A stretch of DNA of 30,508 nt from a virus (lineage: Duplodnaviria > Caudoviricetes). The translations under genes and the position numbers were made by a program. Below, piece by piece: positions 7,240-16,076 of the stretch. A model generated the notes under the pieces. It ran no database searches. It saw nothing but the letters and a program-made list of their open reading frames with translations, and had not been told where the DNA came from. The stretch lies in IMG/VR virus record IMGVR_UViG_3300027732_000087, positions 1 to 30,508 of that record; one strand, written 5' to 3'. How positions within the stretch are numbered: position 1 is the first letter of the stretch; the number at the start of each line of letters is the position of its first letter.

Positions 7240-7321
7240 AAGTATACTATACGGCACTTTTAAGTGTTTTTAACGTTCATTAAGTGTTTTTCTCCTTCAC
7301 AAGTGTACTATACTGCACTTT
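7240..7321. repeat. Two 21 bp quasi-palindromic direct repeats flanking two 11 bp repeats
   Basis: aagtatactatacggcacttt (7240) and aagtgtactatactgcacttt (7301); taagtgttttt at 7261 and 7281. Confidence 0.75.
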
Positions 7322-7327
7322 AGGCAC

Positions 7328-7354
7328 AAAAAAAAGGAGGCTATTACACCTCCT
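7328..7354 (-). terminator. Intrinsic terminator
   Basis: AGGAGG-TGTAATAG-CCTCCT running into a T8 tract. Confidence 0.85.
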
Positions 7355-7395
7355 AATTCAATCCAAACCTAAACAAAACAAAAATTTTAACTGTG

Positions 7396-7403
7396 CAAAT
7401 ATA
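7396..7403 (-). promoter_or_regulatory. -7 element possibly driving a ~60 nt sRNA
   Basis: TATATTTG immediately after the phosphoesterase stop, with no ORF before the terminator. Confidence 0.45.
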
Positions 7404-8438
7404 CTAAAAAATATGTGTTAAACGTGCAACCACACCATTATATTTTGAATGGATATAACCTTCTACTGCTTTTACTCCTCCACAAAAACCGTTTCTGTGA
7501 TGCCAAGAATCTGTACCTGAAGGTGAACGTAGACTTTCTATTGTAATACCTGGAAAGTCTTTGCCTGATTTATGGTGAATGTGATGCGTATAAACGTATC
7601 TATGTTTAGTATTTGCCCAAAGTATAGAATGTTCTGTAGCATAAAGCAATGGTAATGCTTCTAATTTTGCACCATCACCATGCGTAGTTCCTATGAAGTT
7701 ATCATAATACTGAAATGCTTTGCGATGTTTTAAATCAACGTTAAAAATGATATTTTCAGCTTTATTAAAATGTGCTTCAATTAACTGCAATAAAAAGAAT
7801 CCGTGTGTGTAATCGTGATTAGATGGATTGTAAACCACTTCGACATCTGCAATATGTACAAGCATTTCTAATAAATCAATGTACAACTGTTTTGCAGTTA
7901 GAAAATTATCATACCACATTCCATCTGTATCTTGTTGTGTTCCTGCAGTTGTAGAACTCTTTGTATTGTCTGTGTGTAGAATATCGTTTCCTGCAACAAA
8001 AAGAATTTTATCAATCGTATAACCTTTGCTCTTTTGAATAATTCCAATCAATCCTTCCTTTGCTCTTTGTACTGCGATTTGGCAATTATAATCTTCTCCA
8101 GTTTCAAAAGCTGAAGATAATTTACCAATGTGCAAATCAGCAATATCAATTACTAATAGATTAGAATCTTTATCCTCAATGCGTTCTATCTTCTTATACT
8201 TTGGTGAATGCTTTTTTGTAGCTTCAATAGTACTTTGTTGTATTATAGAAAATCCTTGTTCTGTTTCTGTTTTAAAATTTGGATTCTTAAAGAATAAAGA
8301 TGCTTTATCAGTCTTAAGCCAACCGTGTTTTACATCTTCGTCATTTACATCTGCTTCATCTGTAGCATTCTTTATTCCTCTATATTGTTTAATTATCTCT
8401 AGTTCATCGGGTTTCAATCTTATTCTATTATTCGACAT
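7404..8438 (-). CDS. Calcineurin-like metallophosphoesterase
   Basis: DLHIG, GNDILH, SNHD, HGD and HIHH metal-binding motifs. Confidence 0.85.
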   Translation of the reverse strand: MSNNRIRLKPDELEIIKQYRGIKNATDEADVNDEDVKHGWLKTDKASLFFKNPNFKTETEQGFSIIQQSTIEATKKHSPKYKKIERIEDKDSNLLVIDIADLHIGKLSSAFETGEDYNCQIAVQRAKEGLIGIIQKSKGYTIDKILFVAGNDILHTDNTKSSTTAGTQQDTDGMWYDNFLTAKQLYIDLLEMLVHIADVEVVYNPSNHDYTHGFFLLQLIEAHFNKAENIIFNVDLKHRKAFQYYDNFIGTTHGDGAKLEALPLLYATEHSILWANTKHRYVYTHHIHHKSGKDFPGITIESLRSPSGTDSWHHRNGFCGGVKAVEGYIHSKYNGVVARLTHIF

Positions 8439-8459
8439 TTTTATGTGTTTTAGGTAAAT

Positions 8460-8482
8460 AAAAAAACCTTCGTTGTGAAGGC
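8460..8482 (-). terminator. Intrinsic terminator after the lysis module
   Basis: GCCTTC-ACAAC-GAAGGT followed by a T run. Confidence 0.75.
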
Positions 8483-8489
8483 TTTAGCA

Positions 8490-9089
8490 TTATTTAATAT
8501 TATTAATCTCTTGCAAGGTGCTTTTTGAATCTAGTTCTATACCGTGATTTTTAAAGAATGAAATTATCTCGCTTAAATAACTATTTCCTGCTCTTGCTCC
8601 AGTAGAATAGATTTTTATAAATTGGTCTAATTGCCCTGTAAAAATAAAACGATAACCCGGTACATATGGTGACATCTGATATGTCTTTATATTCTTTGCT
8701 ATCTCACTTGAATAATAAGGCTTGATGTTAACTTGTTTATTCATTGGATATGTTTTAGACCTGCCTTCAATAATTTTAGTAAAGTAATCTATTTGCCTAC
8801 CTATTCCAATCTCTAAACTAGCAAGTTTCACGTTTGCACCTGAATCAGTATTACCGATATTACCAGGATTGTTTGTTCTGTAACTTCTAGTTCCTAGTTT
8901 GAATCCTTCGTGGTCAGTCATTACTATTAATAATAACTTCAATCCTTTAGATACATTCATCTTTTCAATAGCAGGAATGTACTCTTTTAGAATCTCATCG
9001 TTAAATGAAATCTTTGCATTATTAATAATTGGTTTGTCAGGAAAATGTGAGCCGTTAATGGTCACTCCTTTGTACTTTTCAATATCCAT
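8490..9089 (-). CDS. Putative endolysin, lysozyme-like fold (likely start MDIEK)
   Basis: HEGF..GTRSYRTNNPGNIG motif; last gene after holin-like and spanin-like genes. Confidence 0.5.
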   Translation of the reverse strand: MDIEKYKGVTINGSHFPDKPIINNAKISFNDEILKEYIPAIEKMNVSKGLKLLLIVMTDHEGFKLGTRSYRTNNPGNIGNTDSGANVKLASLEIGIGRQIDYFTKIIEGRSKTYPMNKQVNIKPYYSSEIAKNIKTYQMSPYVPGYRFIFTGQLDQFIKIYSTGARAGNSYLSEIISFFKNHGIELDSKSTLQEINNIK

Positions 9090-9096
9090 ATTTGTT

Positions 9097-9540
9097 TTAT
9101 TTAAATTTAAACAAAAGTACAATTAATAAGACAAGAAATGCAATTATACCAAGAAATCTAAAGTTAAAAGCAAAACCTTTTCTTTTATCGTTTTTAATCG
9201 TTTTAATGGATGCTTTATACTTGTACTTTGTATTGTACTTAATTAGCTTTAAAGTGTCTCTAATCGTTTTATATTGGTATCTAATCTCATAACGTGTTAA
9301 TGGTGCTTGTAGTTCTGGACATTTAACAGAAACTTCACGATAGATAATTGAATCTTTGCCATCCTTACCTTTAATAATTGTGTTTACAGTAACCACCGTA
9401 GTGTCGCATATTATCTTACCACCTTTTTCAATGAATTTTCTTTGATGAAATTTCGCTGAACAAGAAATCAAAAAGAATAAATATATTGATAGCAGAAACA
9501 TAAATACCAATGTCGAAAGTTGTGTGTAGTTAATTTTCAT
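9097..9540 (-). CDS. Putative unimolecular spanin
   Basis: N-terminal lipoprotein signal (FLISC) plus a C-terminal TM helix with basic tail, in the lysis cluster. Confidence 0.6.
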   Translation of the reverse strand: MKINYTQLSTLVFMFLLSIYLFFLISCSAKFHQRKFIEKGGKIICDTTVVTVNTIIKGKDGKDSIIYREVSVKCPELQAPLTRYEIRYQYKTIRDTLKLIKYNTKYKYKASIKTIKNDKRKGFAFNFRFLGIIAFLVLLIVLLFKFK

Positions 9541-9625
9541 AATGTATAGATAATTCGTTTTTTTATACTTGATTGTATAATATAATAGCTAAAATGTACA
9601 TAATTTGTGACAAAAGTATAATATA

Positions 9626-9847
9626 TTAGCTATGTATCTTCTTGCTAAAAGCATCCGATATCTTGCTACCTACTGCAACCGAAAGAAAACCGAAGAATAC
9701 TTCTGAATTATAACCATGCATACAAAAATCTATTAAGCCAACAAGCACACATATAGAAAATGAAGTAAACATTGTAAGCGAAGTTCTTGACCATTTACCG
9801 TCTTTCTTTAAAGTATCACGAAATAACTCTTTTATTTTTTCTTTCAT
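9626..9847 (-). CDS. Holin-like two-TM membrane protein (likely start MKEKIK)
   Basis: DGKWSRT followed by two hydrophobic helices and a basic end. Confidence 0.55.
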   Translation of the reverse strand: MKEKIKELFRDTLKKDGKWSRTSLTMFTSFSICVLVGLIDFCMHGYNSEVFFGFLSVAVGSKISDAFSKKIHS

Positions 9848-10046
9848 TTGGAAGAATTGCAACTAATTTCTCTTTTATTAATATCTCACTTCTATGTGTA
9901 GATGCTTGTTTTATTTCTTGCCTATCGTTTAAGCACTCGAATAGTCGTTCTTCTACAGATGATAGTCTACTGTTCATCCAAATTAAAGCAATAACGGTCA
10001 TTCCTAAAGCACCGTGTTTTTTAATAGTTTCTAAAATTTCAAGCAT
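9816..10046 (-). CDS. Single-TM membrane protein (holin/antiholin-like)
   Basis: HGALGMTVIALIWM hydrophobic segment followed by a coiled coil. Confidence 0.5.
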   Translation of the reverse strand: MLEILETIKKHGALGMTVIALIWMNSRLSSVEERLFECLNDRQEIKQASTHRSEILIKEKLVAILPNERKNKRVIS

Positions 10047-10052
10047 TGTGGT

Positions 10053-10352
10053 TTATTTGTGTGTTTTTATCATTTCTACAAAAGTGTCAAAGATTACTTT
10101 TTGTGTCTTATTCATTTCAATATAATCTAATTCTGTAAACGATTTTGGTACACTGTTTTCAATTCCATAAAACTTCATTATCCTTGCAATTGGATCAGTT
10201 ATATTAACTGTTAACAATTCTTGAGTATCTGAAAATTCATTTATAAAAAAATCATAATCTGCTGTCAAAGGATAGTCTATTCTTTCGTTTGTCATTTCAT
10301 CATAACAATATATAGTATCTATCATTATATCTATTTTACTTACATTCTCCAT
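10053..10352 (-). CDS. Hypothetical protein, possible fibre chaperone
   Basis: 99 aa acidic ORF translationally coupled to the fibre gene. Confidence 0.55.
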   Translation of the reverse strand: MENVSKIDIMIDTIYCYDEMTNERIDYPLTADYDFFINEFSDTQELLTVNITDPIARIMKFYGIENSVPKSFTELDYIEMNKTQKVIFDTFVEMIKTHK

Positions 10353-11773
10353 TATAAAAATATATTACCTTGTGTATCTTCTGTTGCTACTATTGCTTGT
10401 GTTATAAGAACACTATATGCTGCTCCACCTTTATATGTATTTCCTCTTGTAGATATTGCTTGTGCTGTTGGTCCATTAAATAAATAAGGTGCTGTTGCAT
10501 TTGCTAACAAAAATGTAGAGTTTAATATAATACTAGGAAGTATAGTTGTGTTGCTGGATATTCCAATTCCTCCGGCATTATTCCAATCACATATAATATT
10601 TGAATTATGTATTTCTATTGTTGCTGCATTCGCTAAAATAGAATAACTACTTGTAGATTTTGAAGTTAAATTATATGCTTTTGATGCAGTAGATGTCAAC
10701 TGAGAGCCTCTTGATGAAGAACTAATGCCGGTGCAATTGTATAAAAATGATGAGCCTGATGTAAGTCCTGCTCCACTAACTGAAACACCTACACAACCTA
10801 CAATATTTATGCCGCTGGATGCTTCAAATCCAACACCTGAAGTAGACCTTCCAATACAATTATATGCGTTTACTGCGGCTAAAAAACCTACACCACTTGT
10901 TGAAATACCTACACTATTAGATTGATTTCCTGCCAAGCCATAAATACCATAACCTGAATCTGATACACCTGTACAATTTTGAATATCTCCACCATTATGA
11001 CAACGAATACCATAACCTCCACTTGTTCCGTAGCCAATGCAGTTGTTTAATTTTGCTCCTGCACTAGTAAATATTCCAAAAGCAGCATAAGTTGAAGTTG
11101 AATAAGCTACTGCATAGTTAATTTCGTGAGTTGAATTTGTATTGAATAATATACCTACTCCACTACCTGAATTTCTAAATGTAGAGCCAGCACAATTAAT
11201 TACACCACTTCCTGCTGCTCCTAATGTTAAACAAGAATTATCAAACAATGTACCTGTGCTTCCTGTTCTAATAACGTTTAAATTATTTATATTACAAGAT
11301 GTTGCTACCGTTACAGCTACCGTTAATGCGTGTGTTAATCCACTATTATTAAGAGTATAAGTATGACTATTGCCATTGATATTAACACCATTTTTTAAAG
11401 TAATAGTTACTGCTCCAGTTTCAGTTACATCAGCAAACATCTCAATAGTATTACCACTTACTGCTGCTGCCATTGCAAGTGTTAACGTAGCGTAATAAGT
11501 ATAAACACCTGAAGCATTTGGTATTCCAAAAATACCACTTCCTCCACCACCACTAATTACCAAATCACCACTACCAAGTAATGAATTACCGTTAATAGTT
11601 TTGATACTTGTGCCTGAAACTAGCTTAGTTTGTAATGTATTAAAGATTTGTGTACCTGTCAAGTACCTAGAATAGTGAACACCTCCTGAAAGATAAGATA
11701 CTTCAAACTTATCTGTTGCTGCAAACGTACTATTTGGATAGGCTGTTAACCCCGATATCTTGTAATTTGGCAT
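10352..11773 (-). CDS. Tail fibre/spike with a predicted parallel beta-helix
   Basis: Gly/Ser/Asn-rich; SIKTINGNSLLGSGDL motif; repeated NCxGxSxSGxG units at ~20 aa period. Confidence 0.7.
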   Translation of the reverse strand: MPNYKISGLTAYPNSTFAATDKFEVSYLSGGVHYSRYLTGTQIFNTLQTKLVSGTSIKTINGNSLLGSGDLVISGGGGSGIFGIPNASGVYTYYATLTLAMAAAVSGNTIEMFADVTETGAVTITLKNGVNINGNSHTYTLNNSGLTHALTVAVTVATSCNINNLNVIRTGSTGTLFDNSCLTLGAAGSGVINCAGSTFRNSGSGVGILFNTNSTHEINYAVAYSTSTYAAFGIFTSAGAKLNNCIGYGTSGGYGIRCHNGGDIQNCTGVSDSGYGIYGLAGNQSNSVGISTSGVGFLAAVNAYNCIGRSTSGVGFEASSGINIVGCVGVSVSGAGLTSGSSFLYNCTGISSSSRGSQLTSTASKAYNLTSKSTSSYSILANAATIEIHNSNIICDWNNAGGIGISSNTTILPSIILNSTFLLANATAPYLFNGPTAQAISTRGNTYKGGAAYSVLITQAIVATEDTQGNIFL

Positions 11774-11849
11774 TTTCTTTGCTTAATTTAATTATATACT
11801 GCTCTAATTTCTTAACGTTAGATGCTTTTTGTTTATATTTTATCTTCAT
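11730..11849 (-). CDS. Small basic protein, 39 aa (not in ORF track)
   Basis: MKIKYKQKASNVKKLEQYIIKL...; ATGA-coupled to the adaptor stop and fills the gap. Confidence 0.45.
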   Translation of the reverse strand: MKIKYKQKASNVKKLEQYIIKLSKENAKLQDIGVNSLSK

Positions 11850-12346
11850 AAATACCAGCCACCTAAGTTAACATCTCTATCTGGAAACATATCCCCATTT
11901 GTATTTGAGTTATATTCAGGAAACAAGTTAGAATTAAAACAAATGTAATCTACAAATCTTTCATTATAGTGTTGTGCTAAACTACGTTCCTTTTCAATCA
12001 ATGAATCCATTTCTTCTTTAGATATAGTTTCACCATTTTCACTTCCATGCTTGTAAACTCCTTTGTTGCCAAATGTATAACTAGCAAAAGGTAAATATTC
12101 AACCATAGTATAATGAATAACCATAGGCTTAATATAAGCAGTTAATAACGTTGTGTAAGGAGCAACTAAGTTATTGGCTACAATTCCATCGTTTATCTTA
12201 TTAAATAGCTTTGTACCTAGAATATTTTGTATGTGAATATCTTGAGCAACCTTCATTTTATCTGTGAACTTATCGGGATCTAAATTACCATTTAAAGAAG
12301 TGAATTTTGCAATGTCAGTAGTAGTGACAAATAGTGCTTGTGCCAT
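11846..12346 (-). CDS. Probable head-tail adaptor (DUF6712-like)
   Basis: AQDIHIQNILGTKLF, YIKPMV and NKGV motifs; immediately after the portal. Confidence 0.6.
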   Translation of the reverse strand: MAQALFVTTTDIAKFTSLNGNLDPDKFTDKMKVAQDIHIQNILGTKLFNKINDGIVANNLVAPYTTLLTAYIKPMVIHYTMVEYLPFASYTFGNKGVYKHGSENGETISKEEMDSLIEKERSLAQHYNERFVDYICFNSNLFPEYNSNTNGDMFPDRDVNLGGWYL

Positions 12347-14076
12347 TAGTTAAATCTTTTATTAGTTGGTAAAAAACCGTTATAAGGCATATCAACAGGT
12401 TTTTGATAAACCTTTGAAGGATTAGTAGGTAAAATTTCACCTTCTTTTCTTGCTTGTGCTGGTGTAACTTGTACTTTATTTGGTGACATTATATCAGTTC
12501 CTTTTCTTCTATAAGTTTCTCTAGTCCAAAAATGATGACAATCACCTCCACCTTTATACAAGAATACATCGTAAGTATCAGTACCTTCAGGTCCCCAACC
12601 TTCGTTAACTACTTGTGAAGACATAGCTACAATATCTTCTTTTCTATAAAGTTTATTAGCATTAACCATTTTTTTACAGAAATCTCTTGAATCTTCTGAT
12701 AAACCACCTGAATAACGGTATCTTGTTTTAAATAGTTTAGTATCTTGTTCACTATTTCTAGTAGTATTAGCCACCCCCGTAGACGTCTTTAAAAAGTTTA
12801 CTATTCTAGATAGTATAGTTTCTTCTTTTGGTGCGTTTAAAAGCTCTAATTGTGCGTCTAATTCATCTTCCTTATCGTAATCCACCCTTTGAGAATCTAC
12901 TAATTCATATCCTTCTAGTTCATCTTGTTCTGACATTGTAACAGCAGGTGCTAAAGAAGGTATAATTGTATCTTCTGTTGGTAAAACAACATTTGAATCT
13001 GTCGTTAAAGATTTACGTTCAAAGAATAAATCTAAATAAATACCGTTTACTGCTAAAATAGTATCACAAGCATCTGTAACTAATTCTTGAAAGTGATTTA
13101 CAATAGTATTATAAAAATAGATTGATGCTACTTCAATTTCATCTGCTGAACTAGAAAAACCACTACCATCTAAAGTAACACCTACCAACATAGGAGAAGT
13201 TATGTTATGCCCTACTAAAATCTTGTTTCTAGCTTCTGTAGATAAGTATTCGTAGTGTTGTGGTGCATCGTTTAATGGAATATCGTCAACAGTAGTTTTT
13301 TGCGTTTCATTATTATTAAAAGAAACGATTACTTTTTGACCTCTTGAACCTGTTAACTTATTTAGTACTTTACTAGATTGCAACCTTTGTTGTTCTTCAG
13401 TTGGTACACCGTTATTAAAGTTAACTACTTTAGTGCCTGAAAATCCGTTTTCTACTTCATTAATTAGGTACTCAGCTATTCTCTCTTCTAATACACAATA
13501 GTCTAAAGCACCTTCATAATCAACAGATGAAAAATACTTTCTACCTACTGAATAGTTACCAAATACTAAAACTTCAATATCTTCAGTTGATGTTCCTAAA
13601 CATGGAATAAATCTAGGTACAAATTTCTTTACATCTTCCCAATTATCAGAATACCAATAACCCTCTATAATTCCGTCTTTATTACATTTAGCAGGTCTTA
13701 ATAGATTCATTGGTAAATGCTCAACCTTTGATACTAAACCTTTTGATTTAACACATTGAAAAGCACCTGATCCCATCAACTTTAAATCTAATATTGTAGA
13801 TCGCAAACAAGTTTTACCAAATAGCATTTTCATTTGTGCGTATTCGTTTGGCTTTCTGTTTGCATCTTTAGCATCCAACCCTTTACCGTAAATCAACTTA
13901 GACATATTGTTAATAACAGCATTATTTGTTGGTGAGTTACGATAACGGTCTATGAGCCAACTATAATAATTATTCGATTCTCCGTATTCAACCCATGCGT
14001 TGCGTGAATCTTCTACAATTGAAGGCTGTGTATAACTAGATAATTCTAGTATAAAACTATTTGATGTATCACTCAT
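12346..14076 (-). CDS. Portal protein with an extra C-terminal domain
   Basis: WVEYGESNNY, SPTNNA, NGFSG, KLTGS and ILVGHNITSPMLVG; acidic linker, then a SRDFC...GGGDCHHFW domain. Confidence 0.75.
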   Translation of the reverse strand: MSDTSNSFILELSSYTQPSIVEDSRNAWVEYGESNNYYSWLIDRYRNSPTNNAVINNMSKLIYGKGLDAKDANRKPNEYAQMKMLFGKTCLRSTILDLKLMGSGAFQCVKSKGLVSKVEHLPMNLLRPAKCNKDGIIEGYWYSDNWEDVKKFVPRFIPCLGTSTEDIEVLVFGNYSVGRKYFSSVDYEGALDYCVLEERIAEYLINEVENGFSGTKVVNFNNGVPTEEQQRLQSSKVLNKLTGSRGQKVIVSFNNNETQKTTVDDIPLNDAPQHYEYLSTEARNKILVGHNITSPMLVGVTLDGSGFSSSADEIEVASIYFYNTIVNHFQELVTDACDTILAVNGIYLDLFFERKSLTTDSNVVLPTEDTIIPSLAPAVTMSEQDELEGYELVDSQRVDYDKEDELDAQLELLNAPKEETILSRIVNFLKTSTGVANTTRNSEQDTKLFKTRYRYSGGLSEDSRDFCKKMVNANKLYRKEDIVAMSSQVVNEGWGPEGTDTYDVFLYKGGGDCHHFWTRETYRRKGTDIMSPNKVQVTPAQARKEGEILPTNPSKVYQKPVDMPYNGFLPTNKRFN

Positions 14077-14398
14077 AAACTACATAGTCATTATTTGAAG
14101 AAGATTGTACATATTCTCCGTTGTTAATTGAATAAGTTGCTATTGTTTGATTTGTAACGAATACCTTATCTGTATAAACTACAGTCGCTCCATTCAATAT
14201 ATTTAGCGTATAAAAATGATTATCTTTTAAAACAAGAATCTTTGAAATAGATAAATAATATCTATCTGTAGTTGGTGTAATTGCATAAGTTGTAACTATT
14301 CCAGTTTCTTCATGCGTAAAAGTCATAGATGTTGCTGCCAATGTTCTTGGAATAACTTTAAACGTTTGACTTGTCGCTAATTCTTTTAAGATAATCAT
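14069..14398 (-). CDS. Virion-associated hypothetical protein
   Basis: 109 aa beta-rich ORF overlapping the portal start. Confidence 0.65.
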   Translation of the reverse strand: MIILKELATSQTFKVIPRTLAATSMTFTHEETGIVTTYAITPTTDRYYLSISKILVLKDNHFYTLNILNGATVVYTDKVFVTNQTIATYSINNGEYVQSSSNNDYVVYE

Positions 14399-14407
14399 AT
14401 ACTATAA

Positions 14408-14430
14408 TAACAAGAAAAGTTAAAAACTGT
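14408..14430 (-). promoter_or_regulatory. Putative late promoter ACA-N15-TGTTA
   Basis: One of four identically spaced copies; lies just downstream of a terminator. Confidence 0.65.
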
Positions 14431-14439
14431 TTTAAAAAC

Positions 14440-14472
14440 AAAAAAACCTCCACCGATTAGATGAAGGTTTTT
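14440..14472 (-). terminator. Intrinsic terminator, possibly bidirectional
   Basis: AAAAACCTTCATC-TAATC-GGTGGAGGTTTTTTT. Confidence 0.82.
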
Positions 14473-14491
14473 ATTTCTAGAGAAGTTAATA

Positions 14492-15034
14492 TTAAACTCC
14501 AGCAGTAATTGTATAACCAGCAGTAGTAAGTAATGCTTCAGTAGTAGCTTCAAAGAAGTTAGCAGCCACTTTCTCCATTCCAGTTAATTCCAAAGTATAA
14601 CCACTAAGGTCACCCATTGCACCACCAGTTACGATAGTTCCACCAGTTACATCCATTCCAAAGTCTTTTCCTGCTAAGAAGAAATTACCGTTGTTATCTC
14701 TAACAATAACGTTTGGTCTTCCGTAAATCAACAATTTAAGTTGCTTATGGTCAGATACAGAAAGTTTCTTTAAAGTAATAGATAATTTTTGGTCAAAGAA
14801 AGTAGTACCATTTTCTCTTGAACTATTGATAGTTTGAGTAAACGTATTAGTACTTCCTTTTAAGTCATATTTAAAAGCAATTGGTGTACCTGTTACGGTT
14901 TCAATTGCATCAGTATTTACAGCATCAAAAGTGTATCCAGTAGCATCTCCATCGTTAACGAAGTAAACTGCATCTAATCCACCGATACTATCTTTGCAGG
15001 GCTCAATTCTCCCTAAGGTTATTTCACAAGGCAT
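14492..15034 (-). CDS. Probable major tail (tube) protein
   Basis: CKDSIGG, SRENGTTFF and GDLSGYTLELTGME; 180 aa, follows the capsid gene and is bounded by terminators. Confidence 0.65.
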   Translation of the reverse strand: MPCEITLGRIEPCKDSIGGLDAVYFVNDGDATGYTFDAVNTDAIETVTGTPIAFKYDLKGSTNTFTQTINSSRENGTTFFDQKLSITLKKLSVSDHKQLKLLIYGRPNVIVRDNNGNFFLAGKDFGMDVTGGTIVTGGAMGDLSGYTLELTGMEKVAANFFEATTEALLTTAGYTITAGV

Positions 15035-15048
15035 TTCGTTTATGTATT

Positions 15049-15081
15049 AAAAAAGGGATGGTGTATATTGCACCACCCCTT
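15049..15081 (-). terminator. Intrinsic terminator after the capsid gene
   Basis: AGGGGTGGTG-CAATATA-CACCATCCCT followed by a T run. Confidence 0.85.
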
Positions 15082-15100
15082 CTTAGTTAATAATTAATTA

Positions 15101-16054
15101 TTAGTTAGCTGCGTTAGTGATTCCGTAAGTTACGATATCTGAAACGTTAGCATATTGAATACCCATAGCCATACGCATAACAACACGAACGTTTTGAGAT
15201 CCATCTAATTCAGACATATCAATAACTTTTACTTCATTTGTGTCAGCTAGTAAACCAGTTCCGAAAAACAAGTTTTCAGGATAAGTACAGATAGCAACTG
15301 TTGAAGTCATACCAGAACACATAAACAATGGAATACCATCGAAAGATAAACTTCCATCTGTGTACCATTGTGTACCTTGTGCGTTAACACCGTTACCACC
15401 TAATCCACTTGTTCCGAATCCACCTAAAGCACGAATGTAAGCCTTAACAATTGAACGTGAAGCATAAATTCTTAATCCTTCTTGACCGTATACAGCAGCA
15501 GGAATAGCATCTACAATTTTACCCAATTCAACAATAATAGTTGAAGCAGAAACAGCAGCACCAGCAACTTCATTAGCAGCAGGAAGAGCAGCATCAGCAG
15601 CTAAAAGAACTTCAAAACCATCAAAAGCACCTGAAGTAGCGGTAGCACCCGACCAAATGTTAGTCTCTACAGTAGCAGCAACTTTAGAAGCAACCAATGC
15701 AATAAGATAATCAGCGAATGAAGTAGGTAATACATCGTGAGCAGAATAACCTTGCTCCATTCCTAACCATGTGTTATGGTAATCTTTCTTACACAATTGT
15801 AAATTAACTTGGAAATCTTCTAATGTTAAGATTCTTTCAGTTAAAGTAACTGTAGATGTAGATGTAAAATCACAAGTAGCATCTTTAAGGATTCCATCTA
15901 ATCCAATTTTTTGCATTACTTGTTTGAACTTTACGTTAGGAAGAATCGTAATTCCACCATTTTCTAAACTGTTTGCAGAAAGCAAAGCAGCAGACACATA
16001 CTTACCTGCAAATTCTCCAGCATAAGTTGTAGTGATTGATGTTGTTGTTGGCAT
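15101..16054 (-). CDS. Major capsid protein
   Basis: 317 aa; TTYAGEFAGKY, FQVNLQLCK and DGSQNVRVVMR; follows a scaffold-like gene and precedes a strong terminator. Confidence 0.78.
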   Translation of the reverse strand: MPTTTSITTTYAGEFAGKYVSAALLSANSLENGGITILPNVKFKQVMQKIGLDGILKDATCDFTSTSTVTLTERILTLEDFQVNLQLCKKDYHNTWLGMEQGYSAHDVLPTSFADYLIALVASKVAATVETNIWSGATATSGAFDGFEVLLAADAALPAANEVAGAAVSASTIIVELGKIVDAIPAAVYGQEGLRIYASRSIVKAYIRALGGFGTSGLGGNGVNAQGTQWYTDGSLSFDGIPLFMCSGMTSTVAICTYPENLFFGTGLLADTNEVKVIDMSELDGSQNVRVVMRMAMGIQYANVSDIVTYGITNAAN

Positions 16055-16076
16055 TTTTTTAAAATTTATTAGTTAA

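Noticed and set aside
7240-7321. Mini CRISPR array (21 bp repeat, 40 bp spacer)
   Set aside because: Only two short imperfect repeats, the spacer is itself repetitive, no cas genes, and no resemblance to repeats I recognise
9541-9625. Fifth late promoter or operator in the lysis intergenic gap (GTATAATATA x2)
   Set aside because: The best match ACA-N15-AGCTA has two mismatches, and the repeats are low-complexity AT
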